Numbered from the stretch's first letter, positions 38,249 to 47,007 are shown. The stretch is DNA of 64,000 nucleotides from Clostridiales bacterium (GCA_004554705.1 SFKS01000002.1:29942-93941); one strand, 5' to 3'. A program made the numbers and translations. Notes: generated by a model not told the origin, from the letters alone.

Positions 38249-39151
38249 TTACCATATTTGTTGAGCTAATAATTCTTCATAACGAGTATATTTGTCAAAT
38301 ACAGGGATTTCTCTTTTTGGAGTAGGAAGTTTTCCATTGCATGTTTTAGCTATTTTATCTGTTTGTTTAATAGCTTTTTCAACTATATCTGTTTCTCTAA
38401 AATGAGCTTCAACAGCGTTTTGTTTTACGATTTCATCGTTTCCTACACAGTTTGATTTTAAAGTTTCCTGTATTTCTGTGTATAATTTATGCCAAGCTGA
38501 TGCCTGTACAACTCGTCTCAAGTCTCGATTTTCTTCATTAATAAAATGAGCGTCTGTACTGACAGTCAATGGGATTCCGGTTTCGTCATGTAATCTTAAT
38601 AACTCAAAATTTATGATACGTTGGTCAGCATATCCGGGGTGCATTTGTAGTTCAAGACTGAAATCTTTATTGAATGCATCATATAATGTTCCGGCGAAAT
38701 CATATGCTTTTTCGTAATTGTTGTTTAAAAGTAGTTTTGATATGGTTCCTAATGAACATGCTGATGTACAGTATAATCCATCTGTGTTTTGTAGAAGTGT
38801 TTCGTAAGAGAGTATGGGTTTGTAGTAGAAATTTTCTACGGCGATTTTTTGTAGTTCTCTTATTCTTTTAACTCCTTCGTCTGTTTTAGCTAAGACGACT
38901 AAATGGTCTCTGTCTTTTGTTTTTTTTTCGTAGTTGGGTTGGCAGTAGAATTCGTTTCCGAATATGGGTTTGATGTTGTTTTTTTCACATTCTTGGTTGA
39001 ATTCTATCCATCCGGCGCATGATGAGTGGTCTGTGATTGCGCATGTATCTTGTTTATATTCTTTTAATGTTTTTACTAACTGTGGGATTCTGATGACAGA
39101 ATCATTTAGTGAGTATTCTGTGTGTAAATGTAAGTTTTTGAATTTATTCAT
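38249..39151 (-). CDS. PHP-domain protein corresponding to the N-terminal domain of DnaE
   Basis: Motifs are LHLHTEYSLNDS, CAITDHSSCAGW, IKPIFGNEFY and VSTDAH. ATG 39151 is preceded by AGAGGTGGA. Confidence 0.85.
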   Translation of the reverse strand: MNKFKNLHLHTEYSLNDSVIRIPQLVKTLKEYKQDTCAITDHSSCAGWIEFNQECEKNNIKPIFGNEFYCQPNYEKKTKDRDHLVVLAKTDEGVKRIRELQKIAVENFYYKPILSYETLLQNTDGLYCTSACSLGTISKLLLNNNYEKAYDFAGTLYDAFNKDFSLELQMHPGYADQRIINFELLRLHDETGIPLTVSTDAHFINEENRDLRRVVQASAWHKLYTEIQETLKSNCVGNDEIVKQNAVEAHFRETDIVEKAIKQTDKIAKTCNGKLPTPKREIPVFDKYTRYEELLAQQIW

Positions 39152-39188
39152 AATAAAATCCACCTCTATATTTATATATGATATCCCA

Positions 39189-39611
39189 TTATAAATACAT
39201 ATCGTTTTCGTCTTTATCTATTAAAATTTGTTTCAAAAAAGCAGTCTTATTAATTAATAAAAAACCTTCATTATTATAAGTATAAAGCCCCTCAATCACC
39301 TCAAAATCATCTGGGAACTCATACCTTAAATTAATTTTAGTATTTAACTCTTTAACAATTTTCTCCATTTTCATAGTACGAGTTCTTTCTTTATCAAGTT
39401 TTAAGAAATCCTCAATGTTTGGTTGTTTTAACTCAAAATAAATAGCAATAATCTTTAATAAACTTCCAAGGTTTAATAAAGCAAAATTAAACTCTTTATG
39501 TGTTAATTTTCCTAATACTGTGTATAATTTATCATCGTCTTCAATTTGTTCGAAATTAAGTTTTTTAAATGTGTCTTCTGTAACCATATGTTTATAAAAC
39601 ATCTTCTTCAT
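39189..39611 (-). CDS. hypothetical protein
   Basis: 140-aa ORF within the operon. Confidence 0.5.
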   Translation of the reverse strand: MKKMFYKHMVTEDTFKKLNFEQIEDDDKLYTVLGKLTHKEFNFALLNLGSLLKIIAIYFELKQPNIEDFLKLDKERTRTMKMEKIVKELNTKINLRYEFPDDFEVIEGLYTYNNEGFLLINKTAFLKQILIDKDENDMYL

Positions 39612-39840
39612 CTCCTGTTTCGAATAATTTTTGTAAGTTTAAATCATCTCTCATGAGTTTAAAATATTCTATTTTTAAGTTTGTATATGTTTTTTGAGCG
39701 TATCCTAAAACTTCAGGGTCGTTAATGTTTAGTAAATCTAATTGTAATTCTTTTAATCTCTTTTTCATTTCCTCTAATAAAATTTCATAATTACGATTAG
39801 GGTCTATAAATTCTGCTTCATATATATCCTCATTATCCAT
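39592..39840 (-). CDS. hypothetical coiled-coil protein
   Basis: 82-aa ORF. It overlaps its neighbours at both ends. Confidence 0.5.
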   Translation of the reverse strand: MDNEDIYEAEFIDPNRNYEILLEEMKKRLKELQLDLLNINDPEVLGYAQKTYTNLKIEYFKLMRDDLNLQKLFETGDEEDVL

Positions 39841-40448
39841 TATTTTCCCTCAATTTTATTTGTGTCTATGAGTTCATCGTCTATATCATCATCGTCTATA
39901 ATGTCATCGATTCCGTCTATATCCATGTCAAGGATAAGGTTAGACAGTGAACCGTCTACTTTTATATCGAGTTTTTTACCGTTTATAATGTCATTTCCAA
40001 CTTTAATGATGTTTACAAGGTTGCTCATGCATGCTTCTGTTTCTGCATTTACTCCTAAACCTACATCGTTCTCATATTCTATTCCTTTTCTTAGTCTTGT
40101 TGTTTGTATAGCGAAAAGGTCTTTTATTACAAATAGTGGGTCGAATTCGTTTCTGGCTATTTCTATTGCTGCTCTGTATGGTTCCTCTCCCATTTGCCCT
40201 AATACTGCGTCTATAATACTGATTGTTGGCCCTGCTGGGGAGACATCTTTTCCGGTTACGAAGTCTCTTTTTTTTATTAGTGATACATCGTCTTGGGCGG
40301 CTCTTTCTTTAAAGTCTGTTAGTTCTCCTACTGTTTTTAGGAATCTTTTTGATGCTTTGTCATTTTCCCATAGTTGATGGTTTGCTTTGTATGGGTATTC
40401 TGAAGCAATTAGTTGTTTTTGTTTTCTGTTTAGTTCATCGTATTTCAT
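39840..40448 (-). CDS. hypothetical protein with poly-Asp C-terminal tail
   Basis: ATG 40448 is preceded by GAGAGGTG. The ORF-track start at 40520 lies inside the structured intergenic insert. The C-terminus reads DMDIDGIDDIIDDDDIDDELID. Confidence 0.55.
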   Translation of the reverse strand: MKYDELNRKQKQLIASEYPYKANHQLWENDKASKRFLKTVGELTDFKERAAQDDVSLIKKRDFVTGKDVSPAGPTISIIDAVLGQMGEEPYRAAIEIARNEFDPLFVIKDLFAIQTTRLRKGIEYENDVGLGVNAETEACMSNLVNIIKVGNDIINGKKLDIKVDGSLSNLILDMDIDGIDDIIDDDDIDDELIDTNKIEGK

Positions 40449-40468
40449 GTGTATTAAAACACCTCTCT

Positions 40469-40490
40469 TTTTTTTTAATCTAGCATGTAT
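40469..40490. repeat. 22-nt direct repeat, copy 1 (ttttttttaatctagcatgtat)
   Basis: It matches 40591-40612 with one mismatch. Confidence 0.85.
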
Positions 40491-40590
40491 TGATAAGTAA
40501 TAGGAGAACCCATATACCACCTAATTCGCCCCTCGTCGAGACAAGGATATATGGGCTGAATTTCAAAGAAGTTTTTACCTCCTATAATCG

Positions 40591-40612
40591 TTTTTTTTAA
40601 TCTAACATGTAT
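40591..40612. repeat. 22-nt direct repeat, copy 2 (ttttttttaatctaacatgtat), containing the 3' end and stop of gene 40597..40800
   Basis: Read directly from the sequence. Confidence 0.85.
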
Positions 40613-40800
40613 CTTAAAATCATCTCTTTGAATTGTTTGTCGTCGTCTTCGTTTAGTAGTTGTTTTACTACTCCTGAGAAGTAAAATAGTGTTGAGATGA
40701 AACTTATGCTGTTTTCTTTTAATTTTTGTTCTACAAATGGAGATATTTCCTTTTGTATTATTTTCATTTCTTTTAGGAATTCCTCGTTAATTTTATCCAT
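40597..40800 (-). CDS. small hypothetical protein
   Basis: 67-aa ORF. TTTAAATA lies 24 nt upstream of the ATG, so the transcript may be leaderless. Confidence 0.5.
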   Translation of the reverse strand: MDKINEEFLKEMKIIQKEISPFVEQKLKENSISFISTLFYFSGVVKQLLNEDDDKQFKEMILRYMLD

Positions 40801-40877
40801 AGTATTTTATATATGTTTCTATTATATTTAAATATTACTAACCTATAAATATATATATTAAAGAAAAAAAATAAAAT

Positions 40878-41228
40878 TTAATTAATAAGCATAATCACCT
40901 GCTCTATAAAAAAAACTATTACAGCAATAACAACACCATAAATCACCTGCTGATAACGACGCATCTCACGCTCCAAATTATCAACAACAACAGTCTCCTT
41001 TTCAAGCTTGGTACATAACTTATTTAAAAAAATATTCATGTCTGAAATCGTTTCAGTATTTTTATTTATAGCTTTAATCATATATTCATAATCATGACGC
41101 AAAGCCAATAAATCCTTATCCATATTGTTTAGCTTAAGCTCCTTGTCCATCTGAATCAGGCTCATTAATTGGGTAGCAAACCTCATCTGGGTTCTGTTTG
41201 GTGAAATATTTACTAGTCCATCTTTCAT
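40878..41228 (-). CDS. coiled-coil protein with C-terminal transmembrane anchor (start uncertain, possibly 41150 or 41123)
   Basis: 116-aa ORF. The C-terminus IYGVVIAVIVFFIEQVIMLI is hydrophobic. The N-terminal 30 codons overlap the holin-like gene. Confidence 0.5.
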   Translation of the reverse strand: MKDGLVNISPNRTQMRFATQLMSLIQMDKELKLNNMDKDLLALRHDYEYMIKAINKNTETISDMNIFLNKLCTKLEKETVVVDNLEREMRRYQQVIYGVVIAVIVFFIEQVIMLIN

Positions 41229-41382
41229 TTAAAACCTGTACAACCCCAACTAAAACTAAAGCTATAATCCCAATGATTATATTAGCAGTAGCTTCTGTAA
41301 AGCCAGCTCCAACTAAAATTGGAATGAGAATTACTGATAAATAAGTGGTTATTTTAGCTTTTGTATCGTATGGAATTTCCAT
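41134..41382 (-). CDS. holin-like small membrane protein (2 TM, charged C-terminus)
   Basis: 82 aa, with hydrophobic segments TTYLSVILIPILVGAGF and IIIGIIALVLVGVV followed by an acidic tail. SD is AAGGAAG. Confidence 0.5.
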   Translation of the reverse strand: MEIPYDTKAKITTYLSVILIPILVGAGFTEATANIIIGIIALVLVGVVQVLNERWTSKYFTKQNPDEVCYPINEPDSDGQGA

Positions 41383-41413
41383 ATTATCTACTTCCTTTTT
41401 TATATATAAAAAA

Positions 41414-41451
41414 TGAGTAATATCATGTATTTATTTAACATTTTTAAATGT
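41414..41451 (-). promoter_or_regulatory. archaeal-type promoter (ACA-TTTAAAAA, 22 nt, ACTCA)
   Basis: The minus-strand TATA-like box is at 41448..41441. The predicted start near 41418 is about 36 nt upstream of ATG 41382. Confidence 0.4.
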
Positions 41452-41539
41452 AAGAGGTGGATAGATATTACTCGTTAATATTTATATCTTATGAAAATTT
41501 ATATAACTTCTTTAACATTCGCTTAAAGATGAAAAAATA

Positions 41540-41580
41540 TTTATATAATGTTGAATATAGATTTAAATATTATTAAATGC
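41540..41580 (+). promoter_or_regulatory. archaeal-type promoter for the plus-strand island
   Basis: TTTATATA lies at 41540-41547, and ATGCA at 41577 follows 29 nt downstream. Additional TTTATAT(A/C) boxes lie at 41481 and 41498. Confidence 0.4.
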
Positions 41581-42569
41581 ATTTAAAGGAGATATTGTTC
41601 TTGATAGACGAAAAACTACTAAATACTATAATATCAAGGTTCAAGGACCCGTCCTATTCTGTTTGTATTACTGGTTTTAAACAAAAACAAGAATGCGGAA
41701 AGGGAACATTAATTCTTGACCTCGAACAATCAAATCCTAATTTTTGGAAATTATTATCAGTTAAAGATGAAAGAATTACAGAATTAGAGGATTTATTAAA
41801 ACAAAACAACATCGATATTCCAGACACTATTACAAAAAATGAAAATATCAACAATATAATAAATAAAAAATTAATAATAGACACTGAATTAGCTTATAGT
41901 GATGATAAGAATGTTGTTTTTGAGTCAAAATTAACTGGAAATGTTGATATTTTAGGATTACAAAAAGAACCTAAAAAAGAATTAACCGGATATATACAAA
42001 ACTTTTTCACAACCATAACCTCAAAAGATAACCCGGTTCGTATTACTCCAGATAAAATTAGATTCCATAAAAAAAATGGACAAATTGTAATCAACACTCC
42101 AAAAGACATTACAAAAATAAATATTTCTTTATATAATAAAAACCCGAATGACTTAAATAATCCACCTCGTAAATACATTGAAGGTGAAGATTATACAGTT
42201 ACACATGGTGATAATACTGTTATTGACATTTTAAATTCTGATTTAAAGAAAAATACGAAACCATTATGGTTTTATATCTCCTATGAATATAAAATGGATA
42301 TTTTTTACGGTTATGTTGAATTATGTGAAACACCTATGTCATCAGAAATTAAAATTAGTTTTAATAAAAAATTTATAACACTTCCTACTGTTATTATAAC
42401 AGATGATATAAAAAATGGAAAATTTTTTTCTGGATATAATTGTGAATTTATTCAAGATGTTAATACGAAATTATATACAGGTGTGATTATTTCATTGTTA
42501 AATTTAAAACCAAAAAGTACTTATCCTAATGTATCTATCGCTATTCTCGGGGGAGATGTAGTTGATTAA
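41577..42569 (+). CDS. hypothetical protein, possible H-type-lectin-like C-terminal domain (start may be TTG 41601)
   Basis: 330-aa ORF. An AGGAGA SD at 41587 fits TTG 41601. The C-terminal pattern is ISFNKKFITLPTVIITDD...YTGVIISL. Confidence 0.55.
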   Translation: MHLKEILFLIDEKLLNTIISRFKDPSYSVCITGFKQKQECGKGTLILDLEQSNPNFWKLLSVKDERITELEDLLKQNNIDIPDTITKNENINNIINKKLIIDTELAYSDDKNVVFESKLTGNVDILGLQKEPKKELTGYIQNFFTTITSKDNPVRITPDKIRFHKKNGQIVINTPKDITKINISLYNKNPNDLNNPPRKYIEGEDYTVTHGDNTVIDILNSDLKKNTKPLWFYISYEYKMDIFYGYVELCETPMSSEIKISFNKKFITLPTVIITDDIKNGKFFSGYNCEFIQDVNTKLYTGVIISLLNLKPKSTYPNVSIAILGGDVVD

Positions 42570-45009
42570 AATTTTTCAACCTGATTTATGGGTTACTGAA
42601 TCAAATGATGATTGTATATGTTCTGTAACAAGTAATGACGATGAAGTTTTTTTACATTTTTACCCAACAAATAATGATGCGAGGCCGAGTATTGTTTGGA
42701 ATTGTGTAGATATTTTTCCAAATAGTTATTGTAAATATACATCTAAACAGTTTTTTGATAATGATTTGAAATTCGAAACAGAAGCTCCGGTTAATGGAAT
42801 TATATTAGAGTTCGATGATAACACTACAATAAACCTCGTAGAATCAGCTACAAAACAAAATAACTTGTATACTGTTGATTTAAGACAAAACAAGAAAATT
42901 ATAAGAATCAAAATTATTTTTGGGGAATATACTAAAAATACTATTCCTATTAAAATATTAAATAAAGAAATTCTTTGTGAAGAAAACAAGATTCAAGAGC
43001 AATCTAATATAGGAATGTGCCTTGATGTAACAGAGTTTCACAACTATACCCCACAAAGATTGGTTCGAGAGTTTGTTAAAATTGGTGTTTATAAAAAATG
43101 TTGTTTAAATTTAAACGATTATATTCATTATTTTGAAACATACAAAAAAGACAATATTAGATATTGTAAAAACCCAATTACTTTAAACCATCCTACTAAA
43201 AAATGGTTACAAAATATACAAGAAGAATTCTCCAAAATACATATAAAAAATTTCACTATTATAGCTAGCAATAACCTTTGTGTTGAGAACTTTATGCAAG
43301 AGTTTTTAATTACAAAAGAAAAGAAAATAACTTCTTCTAGTTACCATAATAATGAATTTTTAGAATATAAATACATAGATGAATTAGTAGAGATTTTTGG
43401 GAAATTTATATTTAATTATAACTTTGTTTTTCATAAATACATTAAAGGGGATATATATACTTATTATTATCCAGTTACAGATGCTGACTTTAATGAAGAA
43501 ACCGGAGAATATGACAGGGTTTGGAGCAATGAGGATATTTATCAAACCAAATTCGAAGAGAGACTTTCTAATTTAATTGAAGAATTTTTTGAAAAATTAT
43601 CAAATAAAATTCCACCATCTGTTACCCTTGGAACTACAGTATCTCCATTAAATAGTTTCTTTGATTTTAAAAAAGATACAATGATGGAGGATAAAAAAGA
43701 TTATTCTTTATTTAATTTTGAAAATAATTGTTATAATGATTATAAATTATATATTGAGTTTTCAGTCCCAGTCAAAGGTGATGTTTTTTTATATGTAGAA
43801 GATAAAGTATTCCAATCCGATATTATTAATAATATCGCTACTATTAGATTAAGCGGATTAAATGGAGGAACACATACTGGTCGTGTTGTACTTAAAAAAC
43901 GTGATAAAACAACAATGGAATGGAATATTGAATTTAATGTTGTCCAAGACAACAATTATGTACAGCATATAGAACCATTAATAAAAATTTCAAACAGAAT
44001 TATCGTTCCTATAATTCAAGACATCAAAAACCTTTTAACCTTATCCATTATTGGAAAGGATTATAGTTTTTCAGAAGCAAGGCTTCCAGAAAATGATAAA
44101 ATTATTTTCACTCCTCCTAGTCTGCCAAATGGAGAATATAATTTTAAACTTTCATATACAGGGGATTCCCAATACGATGAAATGGTTCTTCAAAAAAATT
44201 TAACAGTTGTACATAGTGATATAGATATCGAAGTATATAGTGACTTATTTTTTAATAAAAAAGATATTCCTTCCCGTCCTATTATTAGATATATAGACTC
44301 TTGTTTAATTCCTAAAAATCAAATTAAAAAAAATCATGTAAGTGAAATATTCTTCACAATAAAAGATTTTGGAAAAGACGAGGATATTTATAAGATTAGT
44401 AATTTTTTATATAATTGTCGTATTGTGTTAAATAAAAGTGTTGAGCATTCTCATGGTTTATTTAATGTTAGTCGTGAAAACTGGAGTGATTATAGGAAAT
44501 TAATTAAACTTAGTGGGAATAATCTTAATTTTAAGTTTATTGAGAATTTTTATGATTTTTTATATTTACAATTAAAGGTACAAAATTTTATTACTCCGGT
44601 TAGTTATTTTATTTATGGGGATAATATTTATTTCCATTATGAAGGTAGTGATGATGTGATTTATAAGACTAAAAAGAATTTAATCATTAAAAATGAGGGT
44701 ATTGTTGTTAAAAATCCTCAAACAGATATTCCGGCATATGTTGTTAATTTAAATGTTTATGGGGAAGAATTATTATGTGGAAACATTATCGAAAATCTTA
44801 CTGCTATGTTAAAATTACATGATATAGATGATGTGGTTTTAATTATTGATTTTGATGGTGTTAATGAGATTTCTGAACATTTTTGTGAATCTTATTTTAA
44901 ATTCCTATTAGAATCAAAATGCAAGATTACAACTTTGAATATGGGTTTGGATGTTAGTAATATTTTTGCTAGTTATGTTTATGATGTTATTAGTGTTCAG
45001 GAACCATAA
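42562..45009 (+). CDS. large hypothetical protein with Ig-like segments and a STAS-like (DUF4325-like) C-terminus
   Basis: 815-aa ORF overlapping the upstream gene by 8 nt. It contains GEYNFKLSYTGDSQYDEMVLQKNLTVV and a C-terminal VVLIIDFDGVNEISEHFCESYF. Confidence 0.6.
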   Translation: MIKIFQPDLWVTESNDDCICSVTSNDDEVFLHFYPTNNDARPSIVWNCVDIFPNSYCKYTSKQFFDNDLKFETEAPVNGIILEFDDNTTINLVESATKQNNLYTVDLRQNKKIIRIKIIFGEYTKNTIPIKILNKEILCEENKIQEQSNIGMCLDVTEFHNYTPQRLVREFVKIGVYKKCCLNLNDYIHYFETYKKDNIRYCKNPITLNHPTKKWLQNIQEEFSKIHIKNFTIIASNNLCVENFMQEFLITKEKKITSSSYHNNEFLEYKYIDELVEIFGKFIFNYNFVFHKYIKGDIYTYYYPVTDADFNEETGEYDRVWSNEDIYQTKFEERLSNLIEEFFEKLSNKIPPSVTLGTTVSPLNSFFDFKKDTMMEDKKDYSLFNFENNCYNDYKLYIEFSVPVKGDVFLYVEDKVFQSDIINNIATIRLSGLNGGTHTGRVVLKKRDKTTMEWNIEFNVVQDNNYVQHIEPLIKISNRIIVPIIQDIKNLLTLSIIGKDYSFSEARLPENDKIIFTPPSLPNGEYNFKLSYTGDSQYDEMVLQKNLTVVHSDIDIEVYSDLFFNKKDIPSRPIIRYIDSCLIPKNQIKKNHVSEIFFTIKDFGKDEDIYKISNFLYNCRIVLNKSVEHSHGLFNVSRENWSDYRKLIKLSGNNLNFKFIENFYDFLYLQLKVQNFITPVSYFIYGDNIYFHYEGSDDVIYKTKKNLIIKNEGIVVKNPQTDIPAYVVNLNVYGEELLCGNIIENLTAMLKLHDIDDVVLIIDFDGVNEISEHFCESYFKFLLESKCKITTLNMGLDVSNIFASYVYDVISVQEP

Positions 45010-45024
45010 TGGTGGTGTTTGTTT

Positions 45025-45534
45025 ATGAATTATGTTATTTTAAATGGGCATGATTTTTTTGATGGTAGAATTGATATAGAGAGTTTTCATGAGGTGAATA
45101 TTGATGGAGAGGACAGAGTTGATGTTATTTTTGGAGAATTTAGTATTGGATTATTGGAAAGTTCCTATGAAGGACAAGGAGACGGAGTTGAGGTTTTTCC
45201 TGAACAATGGCTTCTCAGCGATAGAGGAGTCAAAATTTTATGCTTTAGAATCCCCCAAGATATATTATATCAGGGACGTACAGAACTTATCAAGGAATTA
45301 TTTGGGTTTTTCTGCGAGGATAGTCATTATATTGAAATACGGGGCTTTAGTTGCAAAGCATTTGGATTAGAAAAAGATGTATATGATTATTATTTAATTG
45401 CAACTCATAAGTCATTAGATACTCCATTATTGATTAATGAGAGTGTTGGCTTAATTAATAGTGATAAATCTGGAGAAAAATATAAAAATAGTCTGTCTTT
45501 TGTTTTAAAAAAAATTAAAGAAAGATTATTATAA
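45025..45534 (+). CDS. hypothetical protein
   Basis: ATG 45025 is preceded by GGTGGTG. It is followed by a T10 run at 45538-45547. Confidence 0.55.
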   Translation: MNYVILNGHDFFDGRIDIESFHEVNIDGEDRVDVIFGEFSIGLLESSYEGQGDGVEVFPEQWLLSDRGVKILCFRIPQDILYQGRTELIKELFGFFCEDSHYIEIRGFSCKAFGLEKDVYDYYLIATHKSLDTPLLINESVGLINSDKSGEKYKNSLSFVLKKIKERLL

Positions 45535-45545
45535 ATCTTTTTTTT

Positions 45546-45989
45546 TTAAACAATAATTTGTTCAAATAGGTTTTCGTCTTCAACAGAGACTGTGCATAAT
45601 GCGTCTCCATCAAAATATGAAAAATGATATAATCCATTATCAGGGTCTCTTTCAACTAAACCTTCATGTCCATTTATTGTTTCTTTTGTTTGTGTGTCGT
45701 TTATTATATCATCTACGGTAACTGTTTTCCATCCATCATAAATAAATACACTTATATGTATTATATGCATAGATGAATCGTAGTATCCTCGTGTATATGA
45801 TATGACACCGTCTGGTTCTATTACTCCATTATCCCCGTAAGTAGTGTCTTCTGTGAAGCCATTAGGGATGTTGAAATTTATTCCTCCAACATTAGTGTTT
45901 TGTGTTGCATAGATGGAGGTTATGGTTACGGATAGGATACAGAGTATCACTAATCCGATTAGTATTCTTTTGATGTTTTTAGATTTCAT
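45546..45989 (-). CDS. exported or membrane-anchored protein with N-terminal signal/anchor
   Basis: 147 aa. The N-terminus is KRILIGLVILCILSVTITSIYA. Confidence 0.6.
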   Translation of the reverse strand: MKSKNIKRILIGLVILCILSVTITSIYATQNTNVGGINFNIPNGFTEDTTYGDNGVIEPDGVISYTRGYYDSSMHIIHISVFIYDGWKTVTVDDIINDTQTKETINGHEGLVERDPDNGLYHFSYFDGDALCTVSVEDENLFEQIIV

Positions 45990-45994
45990 TGCTC

Positions 45995-46555
45995 TTAGAT
46001 GAAATTTTGTATTATTTGTTTTTTGGTTGTTTTTCCACCGAATGATGTGAATTCTGTTTTTATCATTACTTGATGTTTTTCATTCATAAAGTTGAAAAAG
46101 TCTTGGAATGTTTGTACTTTATCATCGTGTTGTTGGACCTTGTATAAGAGTTTTGCGAACGCTGATGCTGTATCTTTTGACCCATCTGCTGTCCACAATC
46201 TTTCAAGTACTGGTTGTCCGTTATTCATTACTACTGTTCCATCTGGATTCATAAGTGGATAGAAACGTAATCCTCCGTATCTGTCTAATGATTTGACTTC
46301 TTCGCCTTCGTGGGTGAATTTTGTTTCTACTGTGAATGATGTGTTAAAGTATTTTTTGCTTGGGTCTTCTCTGTTTGATTTTAAGTCATTTGTCATTACT
46401 CTGAGTGTACAACTTTCTGTTGTTGCGATTACTGGTTTTTCGAGTAATGGTTTTTCTTGTTGTTCTCCATTGATGCTTTGATTTGCTGCTTCTCCTAATG
46501 CTGAAAGGTCTAATACGACGTTATTGCTTTGTTGAGTTTTTAAATCTTGTACCAT
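45995..46555 (-). CDS. hypothetical protein
   Basis: ATG 46555 is preceded by GAGGTG. A promoter-like box overlaps the upstream gene's stop codon. Confidence 0.6.
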   Translation of the reverse strand: MVQDLKTQQSNNVVLDLSALGEAANQSINGEQQEKPLLEKPVIATTESCTLRVMTNDLKSNREDPSKKYFNTSFTVETKFTHEGEEVKSLDRYGGLRFYPLMNPDGTVVMNNGQPVLERLWTADGSKDTASAFAKLLYKVQQHDDKVQTFQDFFNFMNEKHQVMIKTEFTSFGGKTTKKQIIQNFI

Positions 46556-46583
46556 ATGTATGCACCTCATTATTTTTTTTGTA

Positions 46584-46618
46584 TCTATATTTATATATTT
46601 TCTAGTATTTAAATGTTA
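46584..46618 (-). promoter_or_regulatory. archaeal-type promoter (AACA-TTTAAATA)
   Basis: The minus-strand TATA box is at 46613..46606. The predicted start is near 46583, about 28 nt upstream of ATG 46555. Confidence 0.45.
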
Positions 46619-47007
46619 TTCTTCATTTCACTCATCATTTTCAAAATATTTAATAGCATTTCGTCAGAAAATGGGTCTTCATCAATTTCATCAGAATCAG
46701 CGTCATAATATAAAACTGATACATTATCAAGGTTTCCTGATGAAAATCCCCTGTTGAGACAAAAATTACATAAAGCTAAACCTAATTCATCAATACACTT
46801 GTTAATTTCTGAATGGAAATTAACAATGTATTGATTATGGTGTTTTTCAATCATATTTAAATAAAGTAATGCTTTTAAAATTTTATCCATGTCGTCTTTT
46901 TCTGTGTTTGTTCTTTCACAGAGTTCTTTTGCTGTAAATGGTTCTCCTTCTAGGAATTCGTCCATTACTGCTAATTGTTTTTCATGTACTATAAATTGTC
47001 TTAACAT
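46609..47007 (-). CDS. winged-helix-like DNA-binding protein (tentative)
   Basis: 132 aa. FTAKELCERTNTEKDDMDKILKALLYLNMIEK resembles a MarR/ArsR-type wHTH. SD is AAGGAG. Confidence 0.5.
   Translation of the reverse strand: MLRQFIVHEKQLAVMDEFLEGEPFTAKELCERTNTEKDDMDKILKALLYLNMIEKHHNQYIVNFHSEINKCIDELGLALCNFCLNRGFSSGNLDNVSVLYYDADSDEIDEDPFSDEMLLNILKMMSEMKNNI

Noticed and set aside
35822-39163. Genome-wide stop-codon reassignment as an explanation for the in-frame TAA in dnaE.
   Set aside because: TAA, TAG and TGA all act as terminators of well-delimited genes in this window, for example TAA at 1495-1497, TAG at 27696-27698 and TGA at 10527-10529. No other long gene is interrupted.
39862-40377. 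171-aa Ser-rich plus-strand ORF.
   Set aside because: It is antisense to ORF 39840..40448, which has an SD-preceded ATG and fits the minus-strand operon. Its translation is Ser/Ile/Phe low-complexity.
40505-40560. GC-richer segment with a 7-8-bp terminal stem, considered as a tRNA or tRNA fragment.
   Set aside because: Only about 47 nt are enclosed by the acceptor-like stem. There are no D-arm or T-arm (GTTCRANNC) features and no anticodon stem. It is treated instead as part of the repeat-flanked insert.
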